From assembly GCA_964019335.1 (NCBI GenBank), contig OZ025758.1, positions 124,001 to 188,000 of the forward strand: a DNA stretch of 64,000 nucleotides. Direction: 5' to 3'. Shown piece by piece: positions 1 to 15,000 of the stretch. Origin of the DNA: Diplonema japonicum. Its lineage: Eukaryota > Protista > Euglenozoa: Diplonemea. The position numbers and the translations under genes are program-made. Within the stretch, counting starts at the first letter, position 1, and each line of letters starts with the position of its first letter. The notes beneath the pieces are model-generated. The model saw nothing but the letters and a program-made list of their open reading frames with translations, was not told the origin of the DNA and did not search any database.

Positions 1-3000
1 CAACACCCTCCCCACGAGGTCGTCGATCTCCAAATCCAAGAAGTGCTCGGCGTGCGTCACCGACACGAGCGTCTTCATCTGGTCGGCCGCCGCGTTGTCC
101 TGCGGCGTCCGCGTGCTCAAGCGGCGGAGGCTCACCCCGAACACCTGCACCGTCGGGTCCAGCTTCTCCATCGCCACCTTCAGCTTGTCCTCGTCCGAGA
201 CCTTTCCGCTCGTCACCAGCAGCACCGCCTGCGCCCTCGTCGTCGGGCTCTGGCTGGAGAAGATCGTGTGGATGTGCTCCATCGTCCTCTCCGTGAAGCG
301 GCCTCCGTTTCCTCCTCCGATCATGTTGACAGAGTGGAAGGCGAGGTCCCCGAGGAGCTGGTTCACGTCGCCGGACAGCAACCCGGCCGCCGACGGGGTC
401 GACGGCGTCGTCGGGCTCGTCACCAGCATCGGCTGCACGTCGGTCCCCATCTGCACGAAGGCCACCCTCGTCCCCTCCGCCTTCGCCGCCGCCTTCGGCA
501 CGATGTACGAGTCCCCGTTCAACGGGAGGTCCCGCACCCAGTCCTTCAGCATCTCCATCAGCGCCTCGAACCCGTTCGGGTGTCTCCCGAACCCCCACCC
601 CATCGGCATCGTCCCGTCGAACGCCACCACCATGTCCACCGGAGGGCAGGCTCCGAAGGCCGCCTCCACGCACGCCGACCTCGTCTCCACCCAGAAGCAC
701 GACGGCTCCGCCGCGCACTCGCAAGGCTTCCCGTCGTGTCGCATGCACGTCGACGGCACGCAGATGTTGCTCCCCTGCTCGTCGAAGGCGCACGCCGCGT
801 CCGAAACACAGTCTCCCTTCGTCGTCCACCTCGAGCAGTAGGTCTCCTTGCAGAAGGCGGGCGACGCCGTCACGTCCCACTCGCACCCCGCCTCCGCGAT
901 GCACGACCCTTCCTCCAGGTGCCCCACGCACCTCTTCTTCTCACACTTCGCGTTGGTGTTCCACACGCACTTCGCGTCCTCCTCGCACGGCTTCGCCGAG
1001 GCGTGCGTGCACGCCTTCACCCCGCACACCGACGCCGTCTGGTCCCACTCGCACCGGTCCCCATCCGCCGTGCAGTCCACCGCCTCCGCGTGCACGCACT
1101 CCTTCTTCTCGCACTTCACCCCGTTCACCCACTCGCACCCCGCGAGGTCCGACACGCACGCGGGCTCCGTGTGGTGCTGGCACGGCGACGGCTCGCACCT
1201 GTCGTTCATCCAGTCGCACTCGTAGTCTTGCAGGCACTTTTGCTGGTCCGCGTGCGCGCACACCTTCTCCTTCGAGCACGTCGCGTCCCCGCTCACGTTG
1301 AAGCGGCACCTGTACGCCGGGTCCGACAGGTCCTCGCACAGCTCCTTCGAGCAGTACTGCAGGCACGGTGACACGGTGCACGCCACCAGCCCCTCGTCCC
1401 ACGCGCAGCCCGAGTCGCGGTTGCACTCCGCCGACCCCTTGTGGAAGGAGCACGGGAGGTGCGAGTCCGTCGTCTTCAGCTCCACCAGCCAGCTTCCCCA
1501 GGCGGTGCTCGGGTTGCACCACTTGTCGAACACCTTCTCCTTCAGGTCGTCGATCGCGATGTTTGCGAAGTGTGCCGCCGTCGGCTCCGTCACGATCGGC
1601 TTCAGCGACGCCTCCGCCTCGTTGTCCACCACCGCGTGCGAGTCGCTGCGTCGCACGACGATCCCGACCAGGTGCGCCCCCGCCGACTGGATCTTCGCCA
1701 GCGGGTCCGCGAGCCTGTTCTCGTCCATCACCGGGCTCCCCGACAGCACGAGCACGATCTTCTTCCTCCCGTCCGCGGGGTACAGGGGCCCCGACAACAG
1801 ACCAGCCGCCATGTCGAGGGCGCTCGCCAGGAAGGTGTCCTTCGCCATGTGGAAGTGCTCCTGGAACGACAGGTCCTGCCTCAGCTCGGGGACGTAGCCG
1901 GAGAGCCTCCCCTTCGCCCCGTCGGGGGACACCAGCGCCGACCCCGGGACCTTCCCGCTCGCGTCCACGAGCCTCTCGTCCCCGCCAAACTGCACCACCG
2001 CGACACGCGCCGACCCGCGCGCGTACTGCGTCGGGTCCTTCCCGGCCGCCCCGACGTCGCCGGGGAGCGGCAGCAGGTACACCCAGTCCTTCAGCATCTC
2101 GATCAGGGCGAAGTAGCCGTTCGGGTGCCTCCCGAAGGGCTGCGTCATCACGCCGCTCCCGTCCAGCAAGACCACGATGTCCATCGTCGGGCACGCCCCG
2201 TAGTGCACGTCCACGCACGTCCCGTCGTGCCAGAAGCAACCGGGGTCCGTCGTGCACGCGCAGTGCTCGTGCACGTCCTCGCACCGCTTCGTCCCGCAGG
2301 TCCCGAAGTCCCAGGTGCACGCCGGCTCCAAGTCGCACGTCGTCTCGTTGTACTTCGCGCAGTACTTCTCCTTGCACATTCCGGGCGAGGTCGTCGGGTC
2401 CCACTCGCACTGGCTCTCCGTCGCCGACGAGCAAGACAGCTCGTCCACGTAGCCCACGCACGGCTTCTCCACGCACGCCCCCGTGTCCTTCTCGAAGTCG
2501 CACCACACCTTGTTCTCCGCCGCCTCGCAACAGGTCTGGTTTCCGGCCGGGCACGACACGCACCTCCTCGGCTTGCACACCGCGCCGATCCGGTTCGCGT
2601 CCGACGTGTCCCAGGTGCAGGTCTCCGCGAGGTCCTTGCACCCCACCTCCGTCCTCTGCGTCTTGCACGGCTCGAGGGTGCACACCCCGACCACCGAGTC
2701 CCACACGCAGCTCGTGGGGTCCAACAGGCACGGCTCCTCGTCGCCGTGCTTGCACGGCTTCTCCACACACGTGTTGTTCCCGTTGTCCCACATGCACTCC
2801 GCGTCCCTCGCGCACGCGGGCGCCGTGTCGTGGCTGCACGGCGTCTCCTTCTCGCACCCCTGCGTCCCCGCGTTGTAGACGCAGTGGTTGTCCACGTCCG
2901 CCGTGCACTCCGCCTCCTCGCAGTGGTCGTAGCAAGGGGTCGCCCCGCAGCTCAGCGTCGTGTCCGACCACACGCAGCCCCCGTTTCGGTTGCAAACGAG

Positions 3001-6000
3001 CTTCTCGTCCAGCTGCACGCACGGCACGGGTCCGTCCCCGGTCCCCGCGGACCCGCCGTTCGTCGCCGACACGAACCTGCCCCACCTGCTGCTCGGGTCG
3101 CAGAGCCCCGTCAACACCTCCGTCGGGATCTCGTCCATCGTGAGGCTCATGAAGTGATCGTCCGCCAGCTCCGAGACCACGGGCTTCAAGGCCGCCTCCG
3201 CCGCGTCGTCCTCGGCGCTGTGGGCCTTGAACCTCCTCACAGCGATACCGAAGGTGAGGACCTGCAGCTGCTGCAGCTTCGCCCTCACCGTGGTGAGGCG
3301 GTCCCCGTCCATCAGCACCCCGTCCGTGATGATGATCACGATCCTGCGGCGCCCGTCCAAAGGCGAGTCGTTCGTCAGCATGTCCGCCGCCATGTTCAGC
3401 CCCTCCTCGATGAAGGTCAGCTGCGCCATGTAGTTCCCCTCGTGCCAGCTGATGTCTCCCTCCAGCTGCTTCAGGTCTCCGCTGAGGCGGCCCTCCGTCC
3501 CGACCCCGAGCGGCGTCCTCTGCGCCGAGTTCACCACCCCGCCCGTCGCGGGGTTCACCGAGTTCGGCTCCCCGCTGAACTGCACCAGCCCGAGCCTCAC
3601 CCCGCCGGTCGACGCCGCCGACCCGGCCCCAACCGAGGACAGCTCTCCGCTCAGAGGCAGAGTCCTCACCCAGTCCCGCACCATCTCCATCATCGCGTAG
3701 AACCCGTGAGGATGCCTCCCGAAGGCCTGGCTCATCGACCCGGATCCGTCCAGCACGAGCACCGCGTCCAGGGTCGGGCACTTCCCGAACACCTGCTCCT
3801 CGCAGCGGGCCTTCCCTCCCTGCGTCGACCAGAAGCAACTGGTGTCCTTCTGGCACTCGCACCGGGTCGGGATCGTGTGGCACGTCTTCTTCACGCACGC
3901 GCTCTCCTTTCCGACCCACTTGCACGTCGTGTCCAGGTCGCAAGTCGTCTCGTTCTCGTACCTCGCGCACGGCTCCAGTTGACAGCTCCCCGGTGCCGCC
4001 GTTGTGTCCCAGTGGCACTTCTTGTCCGCGTCGCAAGTCATGTCGTTCTCGTACAGCACGCACGGCCTCACCACGCAGTTCTGCGCCACCTCCTCCCACT
4101 GGCACAGCACGTCCTTCTTACAGGTGTCCTTGTCCTTGTGCGGCACGCACTTCAAGGGGGTGCACTGCTCCTTGTTGTTGTTGTTGTTGGCCGCCGCTGC
4201 TGCGTCCCACTCGCACACCCGCGGCTCCGCCTCGCACTCCTGCTGGGTGCTCTTCCCCACACACGGTCGCACGATGCAGTCCGAGCGGTCCGCTTTCCAC
4301 TCGCACGCGAACTCCTTCTCCGACAGACACCCGTCCTCCGTCGTGTGGTAGCACGGCCTCTCCCCGCAGGCCGCCGACGTCGCGTTCCACCCGCACCCGG
4401 CCTCCGCCTCGCACGCCTGCGAGTCCCCGCCGGCGCACTCCTCCTTCCTGTAGCAGGTCTCGTCCGTCGAGTCCCAGCCGTTCAAGCAATCGTTCGCGAC
4501 GTCCTTGTGGCAGGTGTTCTCGTCGCAGTGCATCACGCACGGCGAGGTCGTGCACGTCAGCTGGCTCCACACGCACCCTGCGTCCCGCATGCAGTCCCGC
4601 TTCGCCGTGTAGGTTCCGCAAGGCTGGTGCTTCCCGCCCGCCCGCACCCCCATCGCGATCGAGGATCCGAAGGCGGTCGCGGGGTCGCACAGCTGCGTCA
4701 GCGGGCCCTTCTCGGACGCCAGCTCGTCCATGTCGACGTTCACGAAGTGCGCGCTGTGCGGCGCCGAGGTCACCGGCTTCAGCGCCTCCTCCGCGTCGGT
4801 GTCCACCTTCGTGTGCGAGGTGAACCTCCTCACCACGATCCCGAACACCTCCGCGCCCACCGTGTCGAGCTTCGCCTTCGCATCCTCTAAATAGGACTGG
4901 TCCTGCAGCTGCCCGTCCGTGATGATGTACACCGCCCTCCTCCTCCCGTCCGTGGGGGAGCTCTGCAGGATGCTCGCCGCCATCTGCAACCCGAGGTTCA
5001 CGTAGGTCCCCTTCTCCATGAAGTTCGCCTCGTGCCAGTCCAGGTCCGCGGAGAGCTCCCCGAAGTCTCCGGAGAGCCTCCCGGCCGTTCCGACCCCCGC
5101 GGGGGTCTTCACCGCCGACCCCGCGATCGGCGTCTTCGTCAGCGGCGCCGTCGCCACCCCGCTGAACTGAACGAAGGCGACGCGCACCTTTCTCGAGGCC
5201 GACGTCGTCGTGCTCGCCGCCCCGGCCTTCTCCCCGCTCAGCGGCAACCCCTTCGCCCACGCCCTCAGCATCTCCACCATCCCGTAGAACCCGTGCGGGT
5301 GGCGCCCGAACACCTGGCTCATCGACGCAGACCCGTCGAACACCACCACCACGTCGAGCGTCGGGCAGGTCCCGTACCTCTGGTCCACGCAGCTCTTCTC
5401 CCCGGCGAGCCAGAAGCACTCGGGTTCCTTGTGGCACGCGCACTGGTCCTGCAGCAGCCCGCACTCCTTCTTCCTGCAGATGCTGGAAGAGGGGTCCGTC
5501 AAACACGCGGGGTCCTGGTTGCACTCGTCCTCGTCGCAGATGCTCGTCTTGACGTCGCAGTACTTCCTGCAGTACTTCACATCGCAGGTCCCGGGCGCCA
5601 CCGCGGTGCTCCACTCGCAGCTGTCGTCCGACACGCAGAGCTTCTCGCTCGTGTACTGCTTGCACAGGGCGGGCGTGCACTTCTCCCCCACGCTCTTCTG
5701 GTCGTCCCACTCGCACATCCCGGGCTCCCTGGTTTCGCACTCCTCCTCCGTCGTGTACGGGGTACACTTCTTCACCTCGCACTGCACCGCCTCCACGTTC
5801 CACACGCACTCCTTCTTCGCGTCCAGGTTGCAGCTGTCCGCGTTGTCGTACACGCAACGCTTCTTCTCGCACTCCTGCTTCAGGTTGTCCCACGCGCACA
5901 CCACGGGGTCCGCGAGGCACCCTTGCTCGTTGTCGTGCTTGCACTCCTTCCCGATGCAGGTGTTCCCGCCGGACAACCACTCGCACCCCGCGGTGTCCGC

Positions 6001-9000
6001 CTCGCACGCCGCCTGCTGCCCGTGGTTGCACACCTCCTCCTTCCCGCAGGCCCCCGACTTCCACTCGCACAGGTTCAGGGCGTGGTCCGCCCTGCACTCC
6101 GCCTCCGAGCAGTGCTTCAAACACGGGGAGTCCGCGCAAGACAGGGTGCTGTCGAACCACACGCACCCCGCGTCCTTGTTGCACGAGTCCTTCATTCCGT
6201 GAAGCTGGCACGGCTGCCTCCCCCCGGTCGGGTAGCCGACGAACCTCCCCCACTCGGCGTTCGGGTCGCACAGCCCGCTCAGGGACCCCGCGAGCTCGTC
6301 CACCTGCAGGTTCACGATGTGGCCCTTCTTCGGGGACGCCACGAGGGGCTCCAAGGTCTGCTGCGCCTTCTCGTCCAAGGCCGTGTGGGTGTCGAAGGGG
6401 CGCACCACCGCGCCGAACACCTGCACCTGCGCCTGGTCCAGCTCCGCCCGCACCTTCTTGTACTGGTCCTTGTCGTCCAGCTCCCCGTCCGTCACGATGA
6501 TCAGCACCCTCCTCCTCCCGTCAACGGGGCTCGTCCTGAAGAGGCTCACCGCCTTCTCCATCCCCGCCAACAGGTAGGTCATCTGCGGGGTCGGCTGCGT
6601 CAAGAGGCTGCCCCCCATGAAGTTGTCCTCCAGGAAGGTGAGGTCCTTCTCCACCTCCTCGAGGGAGCCGGTGAGGCGGCCCTCGCTCGTCCCGGGACCC
6701 GTCGGGGTCAAGGCCTGCCTGCTGTCGCCCGCCGCCCACAGCTCGCTCCCCGCGAACTGCACGAAGGCGAGGCGCACCGTCTGCGAGTCGGCCGCGGGGG
6801 TCGCCACCGACCCCGCGTCCCCGCTCAGCGGCAGGGACTGCGCCCAGTCGCGCACAACCTCGATCAAGGCGTAGAAGCCCTGCGGGTGCCTTCCGAACTT
6901 CCTCCCCATCGACACCCCGCCGTCCAGGAGCACCACCACGTCCAGCGTGGGGCACGTCCCGTAGCGCTGGAAGGTGCAGTGCGATTTCCCCGAGGCCGTG
7001 CTGTAGTAGCAGTCCGGGTCCGCCTCGCACGCGCACTTGTCCGTCAGCTTGTTGCAGTCCTTCTCCACGCACCTGTTCTTCCCCTGCTCCCACATGCACG
7101 ACCTCTCGTTGTCGCAGTTCGTCTGGTCGAACTTCCTGCACGGTCCCACGCTGCAGATCGCGGGCGACTGCTTCACGTTCCAGTGGCACCCCGCCAGCTC
7201 CTCGTTGTGGTTGCAGCACCTCTCGTCCGCGAACGACACGCAGGGCCTCACCTCGCACCGCTGCGTCGTGTTCCCCCACTCACACCTCGCGTCCGCGGAG
7301 CAGGCTCCCGCCTCCGAATACTGGCACGGCTTCGGCACGCACACCGCGGGGATCCCCGTCGCCACGCACGCCGTGTCCCACTCGCACCCTCCGTCCGCGT
7401 TGCAGGCTCCCTCCTCCGTGTGTTGGCACGGCTTCTCCTGGCAGCTCCCGTCCTTCGACAACCACTCGCAATCGTAGGTCGAGTCGGCGGTGCAGCTGTT
7501 CTCGTCCGGGTAGTTGCACGGCTTGTCCACGCACTTGGCGTCCCTCCAGGCGCACGTCCCGTCCGCGTTGCAGCTCGGCTCCGCCGCGTGCGTCTGGCAC
7601 CCCTCCTCCTTGTAGCACACGCTCTCGTCCCCCTTCCAGAAGCACTTGTTCGACGTGTCCGCCTTGCAGAGGTCCTCCGCGCAGTGCTTGATGCACGGGG
7701 TGTCCACGCACGCCGCCAGCACGTCCCTGAACACGCAGCCGGAGTCGCCGTTGCACGGGTCCTTCTCCTTGTAGTTCCCGCACGGCCTGTGCACCCCGGC
7801 CTGTTGGCTTGTCGCCTCCACAATGTACTTCCCCCACATGCTCGAGGGGTCGCACAGCCCGTCCAGCGTGTCCGAGATCTCGTCCAGGAGGAGGTTGTAG
7901 TAGTGCTCCGCGTGCGGCTTCGAGGTGATCGGCTTCAGCGTCGCCTCCGCGTCCTTGTCCGTTTGGGTGTGCGTGTTGAAACGCCTCACCACGATCCCGA
8001 AGGTCATCACCTGCTCCTGCTCCAGCCTCTTCCGCGCGTCCACGAGCTTGTCCGCGTCCTGCACCATCCCGTCGGTGAAGATCAAGAGCACCCTCTTCCT
8101 CCCGTCCTTCGGCGACGCCTGGAACATGTCCGCCGACACGTCCAGCGCCGCAGCGAGGTACGTCCCTCCCTCCATGAAGTTCGTCTCCTGCCACACCAGG
8201 TCCGCCTTCAGCTCCGCCCCGTCGCCGGTCAGCCTGCCCCCGCTCCCTGTCCCGGTGGGGGTCTTCTGCGCCCCGTCCACGAGGTCCGTTCCGGGGATCT
8301 TGATCGCAGGCTTCCCGCTGAACTGCACCACCCCGACCCTGGTCTTCCCGCTGCTGCCGGCCTTCGTCGTCGGTTCCCCGGCCTTCTCCCCGCTCAGGGT
8401 GAGCTTCCCGGTCCACCCCTTCAACACCTCCATGAGCCCGTAGAAGCCGTGCGGGTGGCGCCCGAAGGTCTGCGTCATCGACGCCGACCCGTCCACCGCG
8501 AGCACCACGTCCAGGGTCGGGCACTCCCCGAACTTCCCGGTCTTGCACACCCCCTTGTCCCAGAAGCAGTCCGAGTCCTTGTGGCACCTGCAGGTGTCGT
8601 TCTGGAACGCCTCGCAGTCCTTGTCCACACACTTCTTCTCCATCTTGTCCCACATGCACAGCCCGTCTCCGTCGCACGCGTTCTCCTCCCCAGCGTACCT
8701 CTCGCAGTACTTCGGCTCGCACTCTGTCGTCCAGTCGCACCCGCTGTCCAGCTTGCACTCGATCTCGCTCAGGTACTCCTTGCACGGAAGCGGGGTGCAC
8801 TCGTTCGTGTTGTTCGACGACGACTTCTTCCACTCGCACATCCCGGGCTCCACCGTCTCGCACGCCGTCTGGTTCTTGTACGCGCACAGCTTCGGCACGC
8901 ACTCGGGCACGAGCGGCTTCCACTCGCAGTCCGTGTCCAGCTCGCACTGGTCCAGGTTGTCGTAGTTGCACGGCTTCTTCTCGCAGGTCGCCTTGATGTT

Positions 9001-12000
9001 GTTCCACACACAGGTGTCGGGGTCCGCCACGCACCCTTGCTCCGTGTCGTGCTTGCACTTCTTCCCGATGCACGACCCTGTGTTGTCGATCTCGCACTCG
9101 AAGTCCGCCTCGCACGCCGCCACGTCCACGTGCTTGCAGATCTCCTCCTTCTCGCACGCCGACCCGCTCCACACGCACCTGTTCATGAAGTCCGCCTTGC
9201 ACACAGGCTCCGAGCAGTGCGTCAGGCACGGGGAGTCTCCGCAGGACAGGGTGCTGTCGAACCACACACAACCCGCGTCCTTGTTGCACACCAGCTTCTC
9301 TGCGTGCAGGTTGCAAGGCTTGTGTTGTTGTTGTTGTGCTGTCTCAGCCACGTACTTCCCCCATTCACTGTTGGGGTCGCACAACCCGTTCAGAGAGGTC
9401 GCAAGCTGGTCCACCTCCACGCTCACGAAGTGGTTCTTCTTCGGGTCCGACACCACCTGCTTCAGGTCCGCCTCCGCCTGCAGGTCGTCCGCGGTTTGCG
9501 AGGTCAACGGGCGCACCGAGGCTCCGAACACCACCACCTGCGATGCAGAGAGCTCTGCCAGCACAGTCTGGTACTTGTCCTTGTCCGCAAGAGGGCTGTC
9601 CGCCACGATGATCAGCACCCTCCTCCTCCCGTCAACGGGGCTTGTCTTGAAGAGGCTCGCAGCCTTCAGCATCCCCGCCAGCAGGTAGGTCGTCTGCGGA
9701 GCAGGCTGCCTCGCTGCGTTGCTCCCCATGAAGTTGTCCTCCAGGAAGGTGAGGTCCTTCCCTATCTCCTCGAGGGAGCCGGTGAGGCGGCCCTCGCTCG
9801 TCCCGTAACCGGTCGCCGACAAGGCCTGCTTCGCGTCGTTCGCAGGCCACAGCTCGCTCCCCGCGAACTGCACGAAGGCGAGGCGCACCGTTTGTGTGTT
9901 CGCCGCCGGCGGCGTCGCTGCCGCGTCCTTGCTCAGAGGAAGCGTTTTCGCCCAGTCGCGCACAACCTCGATCAAGGCGTAGAAGCCCTGCGGGTGCCTT
10001 CCGAACTTCCTCCCCATCGACACCCCGCCGTCCAGGAGCACCACCACGTCCAGCGTGGGGCACGTCCCGTAGCGCTGGAAGGTGCAGTGCGGGTCCCCGC
10101 CCTTTGCCACGAAGTAGCAGTCCGGGTCCGCCTCGCACGCGCACTTGTCGGGGTGCTCGCTGCACCTCTTCTCCAAGCAGGTGGCGGAGCTCGGTTCCCA
10201 CATGCAGCCCCTGTCCGCTCCGCACGTCCCCTCCGACTTCAGCTTCCTGCAGGGGAGCTCGGAGCACACCGACGGCGCCTGCTTCACGTCCCAGTGGCAT
10301 CCGTGGTCGCTGTTGCAGCACTTCTCGTCCGGGTAGTGCGCGCACGTCGCGACAGAGCAGCCTCCGTCCCACGTGCACACCACGTCCTGCTTGCAGGCGG
10401 TCTCGTTCGTGTGCGTGCACGGTTTCACGATGCACATCTGGTCCTCAGGCTTCGCGCACGCTGCCTCCCACATGCAGCCCGCGTCGGCGTTGCAGTCCGC
10501 GCTGGTGTTGTACACGCAAGGCTTCTCCTTGCACTCCTTCTTCACCGTCGACCACACGCAGTCGTACGTTGCGTCCGCGATACAGCTCTTCTCGTCCGGG
10601 TAGGTGCACGGGGTCTCCACGCACTCCGTCTTCTTCGCGTCCCACACGCACTCCGCGTCTCCGTTGCAGGCCGTCGCCTCCGTGTACTTGCACACCTCCT
10701 TCTTGAAGCACTCCTCGACCGTCGCGTCCCACTGGCACGCCGCCGCCTTCTCCGCCTCGCACTTCGGCTGGTCGCAGTGCGCCACGCACACCGACTCCAG
10801 ACACGCCGTCAGCGCCTCCGACCACGTGCACCCGCGGTCCGCCACGCACCCCGTCTTCGTCACGGAGTTCGCGCAGGGCTGGTGCACCCCGCTCGCCGCG
10901 GCGTGCTGGTGCTGCGTCGGGTCCACCACGAGGTGGCCCCACAACCCGTTCGGGTCGCACAGCCCGTTCAGCGCCTTCTCCGGGATCTCCTCGATCTCCA
11001 GGTTCATGAAGTGCTCGTCCTTCGGGAGCGACACCAGGGGCTTCAGCGTCGCCTCCGCGTCCATGTCCGTCTGCGTGTGCTGCGTGAACCTCCTCACCAC
11101 GATCCCGAAGGTCTGCACCGACAGCCCGTCCAGCTCCTGCCTGGCCTGTGCCATGATGTCCTTGTCCGCCCCCGCGTCCTGGATCATCCCGTCCGTGATC
11201 ACGATCAGGACGCGCTGCCTCCCGTCCACGGGGGACGACGTCGTGAAGACGGTGGCCGCCCTCTTCAGCCCCTTCGCAACGTACGTCCCGGCCTCGAGGT
11301 AGTTGCTCTCGTGCCAGTCCACGTCCGACTTCAGCTCCGACGCAACCCCGGAGAGGCGGCCCGCCGTCCCGACCCCGACGGGGCTCACCGCCACCGAGTC
11401 TACCACTGGGCCGCTCCACGTGTTCGGGGGGCTGAAGAACTGCTGCCTCCCCGAGAACTGCACCACCGCAACCCTCACCTTCCCGGTCCCTGCCTGCGAC
11501 GCTGCCCCGACGGACGCAGCCTCCCCGTTCAAAGGAAGCTTCTTCATCCAGTCACCGAGCATCTCCATCAGGGCGAAGAAGCCGTGGGGGTGGTGCCCGA
11601 AGGACTGGCTCATCGATGCAGATCCGTCCACAAGAAGCACCACGTCCATCGTGGGGCACTCTCCGTAGCTGTTCTTCACGCACGATCCTGATCCTGATCC
11701 TGATCCTGATCCCGCCGAAGACGCCTTCCAGAAACACTTCGGGTCCTCCACGCAAGGGCATTTCGCGAGGTCGTTGCAGTTCTTCTCCACACACTTCTTC
11801 TTCCCGTCGTCCCACATGCAGTCGCTGTCGGCGTTGCAGGTAGGCGTGTCCTTCAACTTCGCGCACGGCTCCTCCACACACATCGCGGGCGAGATGGACG
11901 GGCTCCAGTGGCACCCCTCCCTCTTGTTGCACGGAAGCTCCTCCATCACCTCGGTGCACGGCTTCTGCACGCAGGTCGTGGTGTCCACGAGCCAGTCGCA

Positions 12001-15000
12001 GTACGGGTCCGCCACGCACCCCGCGCGGCTGGTCTCCGTGCACTTCTTCTCGATGCAGCCTCCCGCGTTCACCACCACGGTTCCGACCGACCCGATGCAG
12101 GCCGGGCTGTTGGAAGCGCCTCCCCACTCGCATGCGTAGCCGAGCACAGCCTTCGTGTCGTCCACGGGGTCCACGCTGCTCCACTCGCCGTTCGGGAAGA
12201 AGTACGCGTCAGCTGCGGCCGCCGAGGGCTGTCCAACCATCCAGTTGTCGTAGCTGCTGATGGGCTGCCCGGCCTCCGGACCGGTGCTCCACGTCCACGC
12301 CCCACCCGCCGCAGACGCACCCATCCAGCCCTCTCCCGCGACCCTGTCCCTCGCCACCTCCGTCTCCTCCGGAGAGGTCACCGTCAACAGGTACCCCGCC
12401 GTCCCGAGGAACGATTTCTCCGCGCACGCCTGCTTCGCCTTTTCCCAGGTGCACGCCGCGAGCTTCACCCCCCCGGGGCTCTGGCACGGGGTCTCCGACG
12501 CGTAGTAGCGGTAGTAGTGGCCCGTCCTCGCGTCGAACACTCCCTCACCGTAGTTCCAGGTCATGCTCCTCTCCTTCCCAGCCGCCGAGCTGGTCTTGAA
12601 GCTCACCTTCGCCATTGCCTCCGCGAAGGCGGTCAAAGACTTCTCCTGCCCGTCCATCGAGGTCAGCACCAGCGACCCCGTCGACGCCGACCACTCCGTT
12701 TTCATCCCGAGGGCCGGACACTCCGCGCACTCCAGCGTGTCCTTCCCCTTGATGTAGTCGGCGCTGTCGATGCTCACCGCCGCGCCGTTCACGAGCCCGC
12801 CGCACTTCCCGGGGCAGGTCGTCGTCGCCTCGTCACAGGTAAGCGAGGCGAAGGGGAACATCGCCACCCCCTTGCTGTAGGACAGGCTGTTGTTCCCGCT
12901 GTTCCAGTCGCAGACCGCGTCTCCGGTGCACGCCGCCTCCTCAACGTAGTTGCAAGGCCTCTCCGTGCACTCCTGCTTCAGGTTGTTCCACACGCACTTG
13001 TCGGGGTCTGCGAGGCAGCCCGGCTCCGTGTCGTGCACGCACTTCTTGTCCAAGCAGGTCGTCTTGTTGTCCGACAGCTCGCACCCGGGGTTCTGGGGGC
13101 ACTCCGTCACCGACAGCGAGTCGCACCCGACCTTCGGCTCCTTCTGGCACACTCCCTTCGCCGCCTCCCACATGCAGGTGTTCGCTGTGTCCGCCTTGCA
13201 CTCTCCCTCGTCGCAGTGCTGCACGCACGGGGTGTCCGCGCACGACAGGGTCGCGTCGTACCACACGCACCCTGCGTCTGCGTTGCACTCCCCTGTGAGC
13301 ACGTGCTGTTTGCACGGCTTGTGGAGCCCGCTGCTGCTGCTGCTGCTGCTGTTTCCGCTCTGCTTCCCCACCACGAGGCTCCCAAACTTCCCGTTCGGGT
13401 CGCAGATGTCTCCGAGCACCATCGTCGGAACCTCGTCGATCATGAGGTTCTGGAAGTGGGCGTCGTGCGGAGAGGACACGATGGGCTTCAAGGTCTGCTC
13501 CGCGAGGTCGTCGATGGGGGTGTGCGCGTCCGCCCTGCGCACCACCACCCCGAACACCTGCACCTTCTCCTTGTCGAGCTCTCCGCGGGCCTTCGACAGC
13601 GCGTTCGGGTCGAAGATCTGCCCGTCCGTGATGATGATCAGGACGCGCTGCCTCCCGTCGTTCGGGGAGGCCCTGAACATCTCGGCCACATCGTCCAGCC
13701 CCTTCGAGACCATCGTCCCCCCACCGTAGTAGTTGTCCTCTTGCCAGTCGAGGTCCGCGTTCAGCTCGACGAGGTCTCCGCTCAGGCTTCCGGAGGTTCC
13801 GACCCCTGCGGGGGCGCTCTGGGCCTCCGCCTTCCCGGGGTCCGCTCCCCGCGCGTTCTTCCCAGAGAACTGCACGATCCCGACGCGCACCTTCCCGCTG
13901 TCCGCGGCGGAGTTCACCCCCACGCTCCCCTTCTCTCCGCTCAGGGGCAGCGTCGTCAGCCAGTCCCGCACCATCTCCATCATCGCCTCGAACCCGTGCG
14001 GGTGCCTCCCGAAGGACTGGCTCATCGACCCGCTTCCGTCCACCAGGAGCACCAGGTCCAGCGTGGGGCACTGCCCGAACTTGTCGGCGGCGCAGAACTG
14101 CTTCGCCCCGTTCCAGAAGCATCCCGTGTCCTTCTTGCACTCGCACTCGCTCAGCTTCCCGCACTCCTTCTCCACGCACTTGTTCTGCTCGTACACGCAC
14201 GCGCTGTCGCTGTTGCACTTCGGCTCGTCCTTGTTCATCGTCGCGCAGTAGGTCAAGCTGCACTGCGCCGGCGACACCGAGATGTCCCAGTGGCAGTCCC
14301 CGTCAGCGTTGCAGCACCTCTCCCCCGAGTGGATCGCGCACGGTTCCTGCGCGCACGCCCCGCCCACCCAGCTGCAGCGGGTGTCCTTCGTGCACGCCAC
14401 CTCGTCCGTGAAGACCGTCGCGTCGCAGCTCTTCTTCTGGCACGCACCGCCGCCGACCACCCCGGCGCACGCGTCCCACTCGCACGCCGCGTCCGAGTTG
14501 CAGTCGTCGGGAGCCGTGTGCTTGCAGGGCTTCTCCACGCACGTCTTCTTCCCCGCGAGCCACTCGCACACCGCCGGGTCCGCCTCGCACTCCACCTCGT
14601 TCGGCTGGTTGCACGGGCGCTCCACGCACTTCTTCTTCCTGTCCCAAGCGCACTGCTCGTCCGCGTCGCACGCCGCCTCGTCGTCTCCGTGCGCGCACAG
14701 CGACGCCACCCAGCACGACGGCTCGGTCGTCCCGTTCACCACCTTCCACTCGCAGTGGTTCAGCGTGTCCTTGCTGCACTTCGGTTCCTCGCAGTGCGCC
14801 ACACACGGCGAGTCCACGCACGACAGCCCGACGCTGCTCCACACGCAACCGGGGTCGGCCGCGCACCCTGCTTGGTCCAGGTGCTGCGGGCACGGCATGT
14901 GCATCCCCGCTTGCTTTTCCTGCTGCGCCCCCGCGGGCATGAGGAGCTGGCCCCACTTGCTGTTCGGGTCGCAGATCCCGTTCAGGACCTGCCCGGGCAT

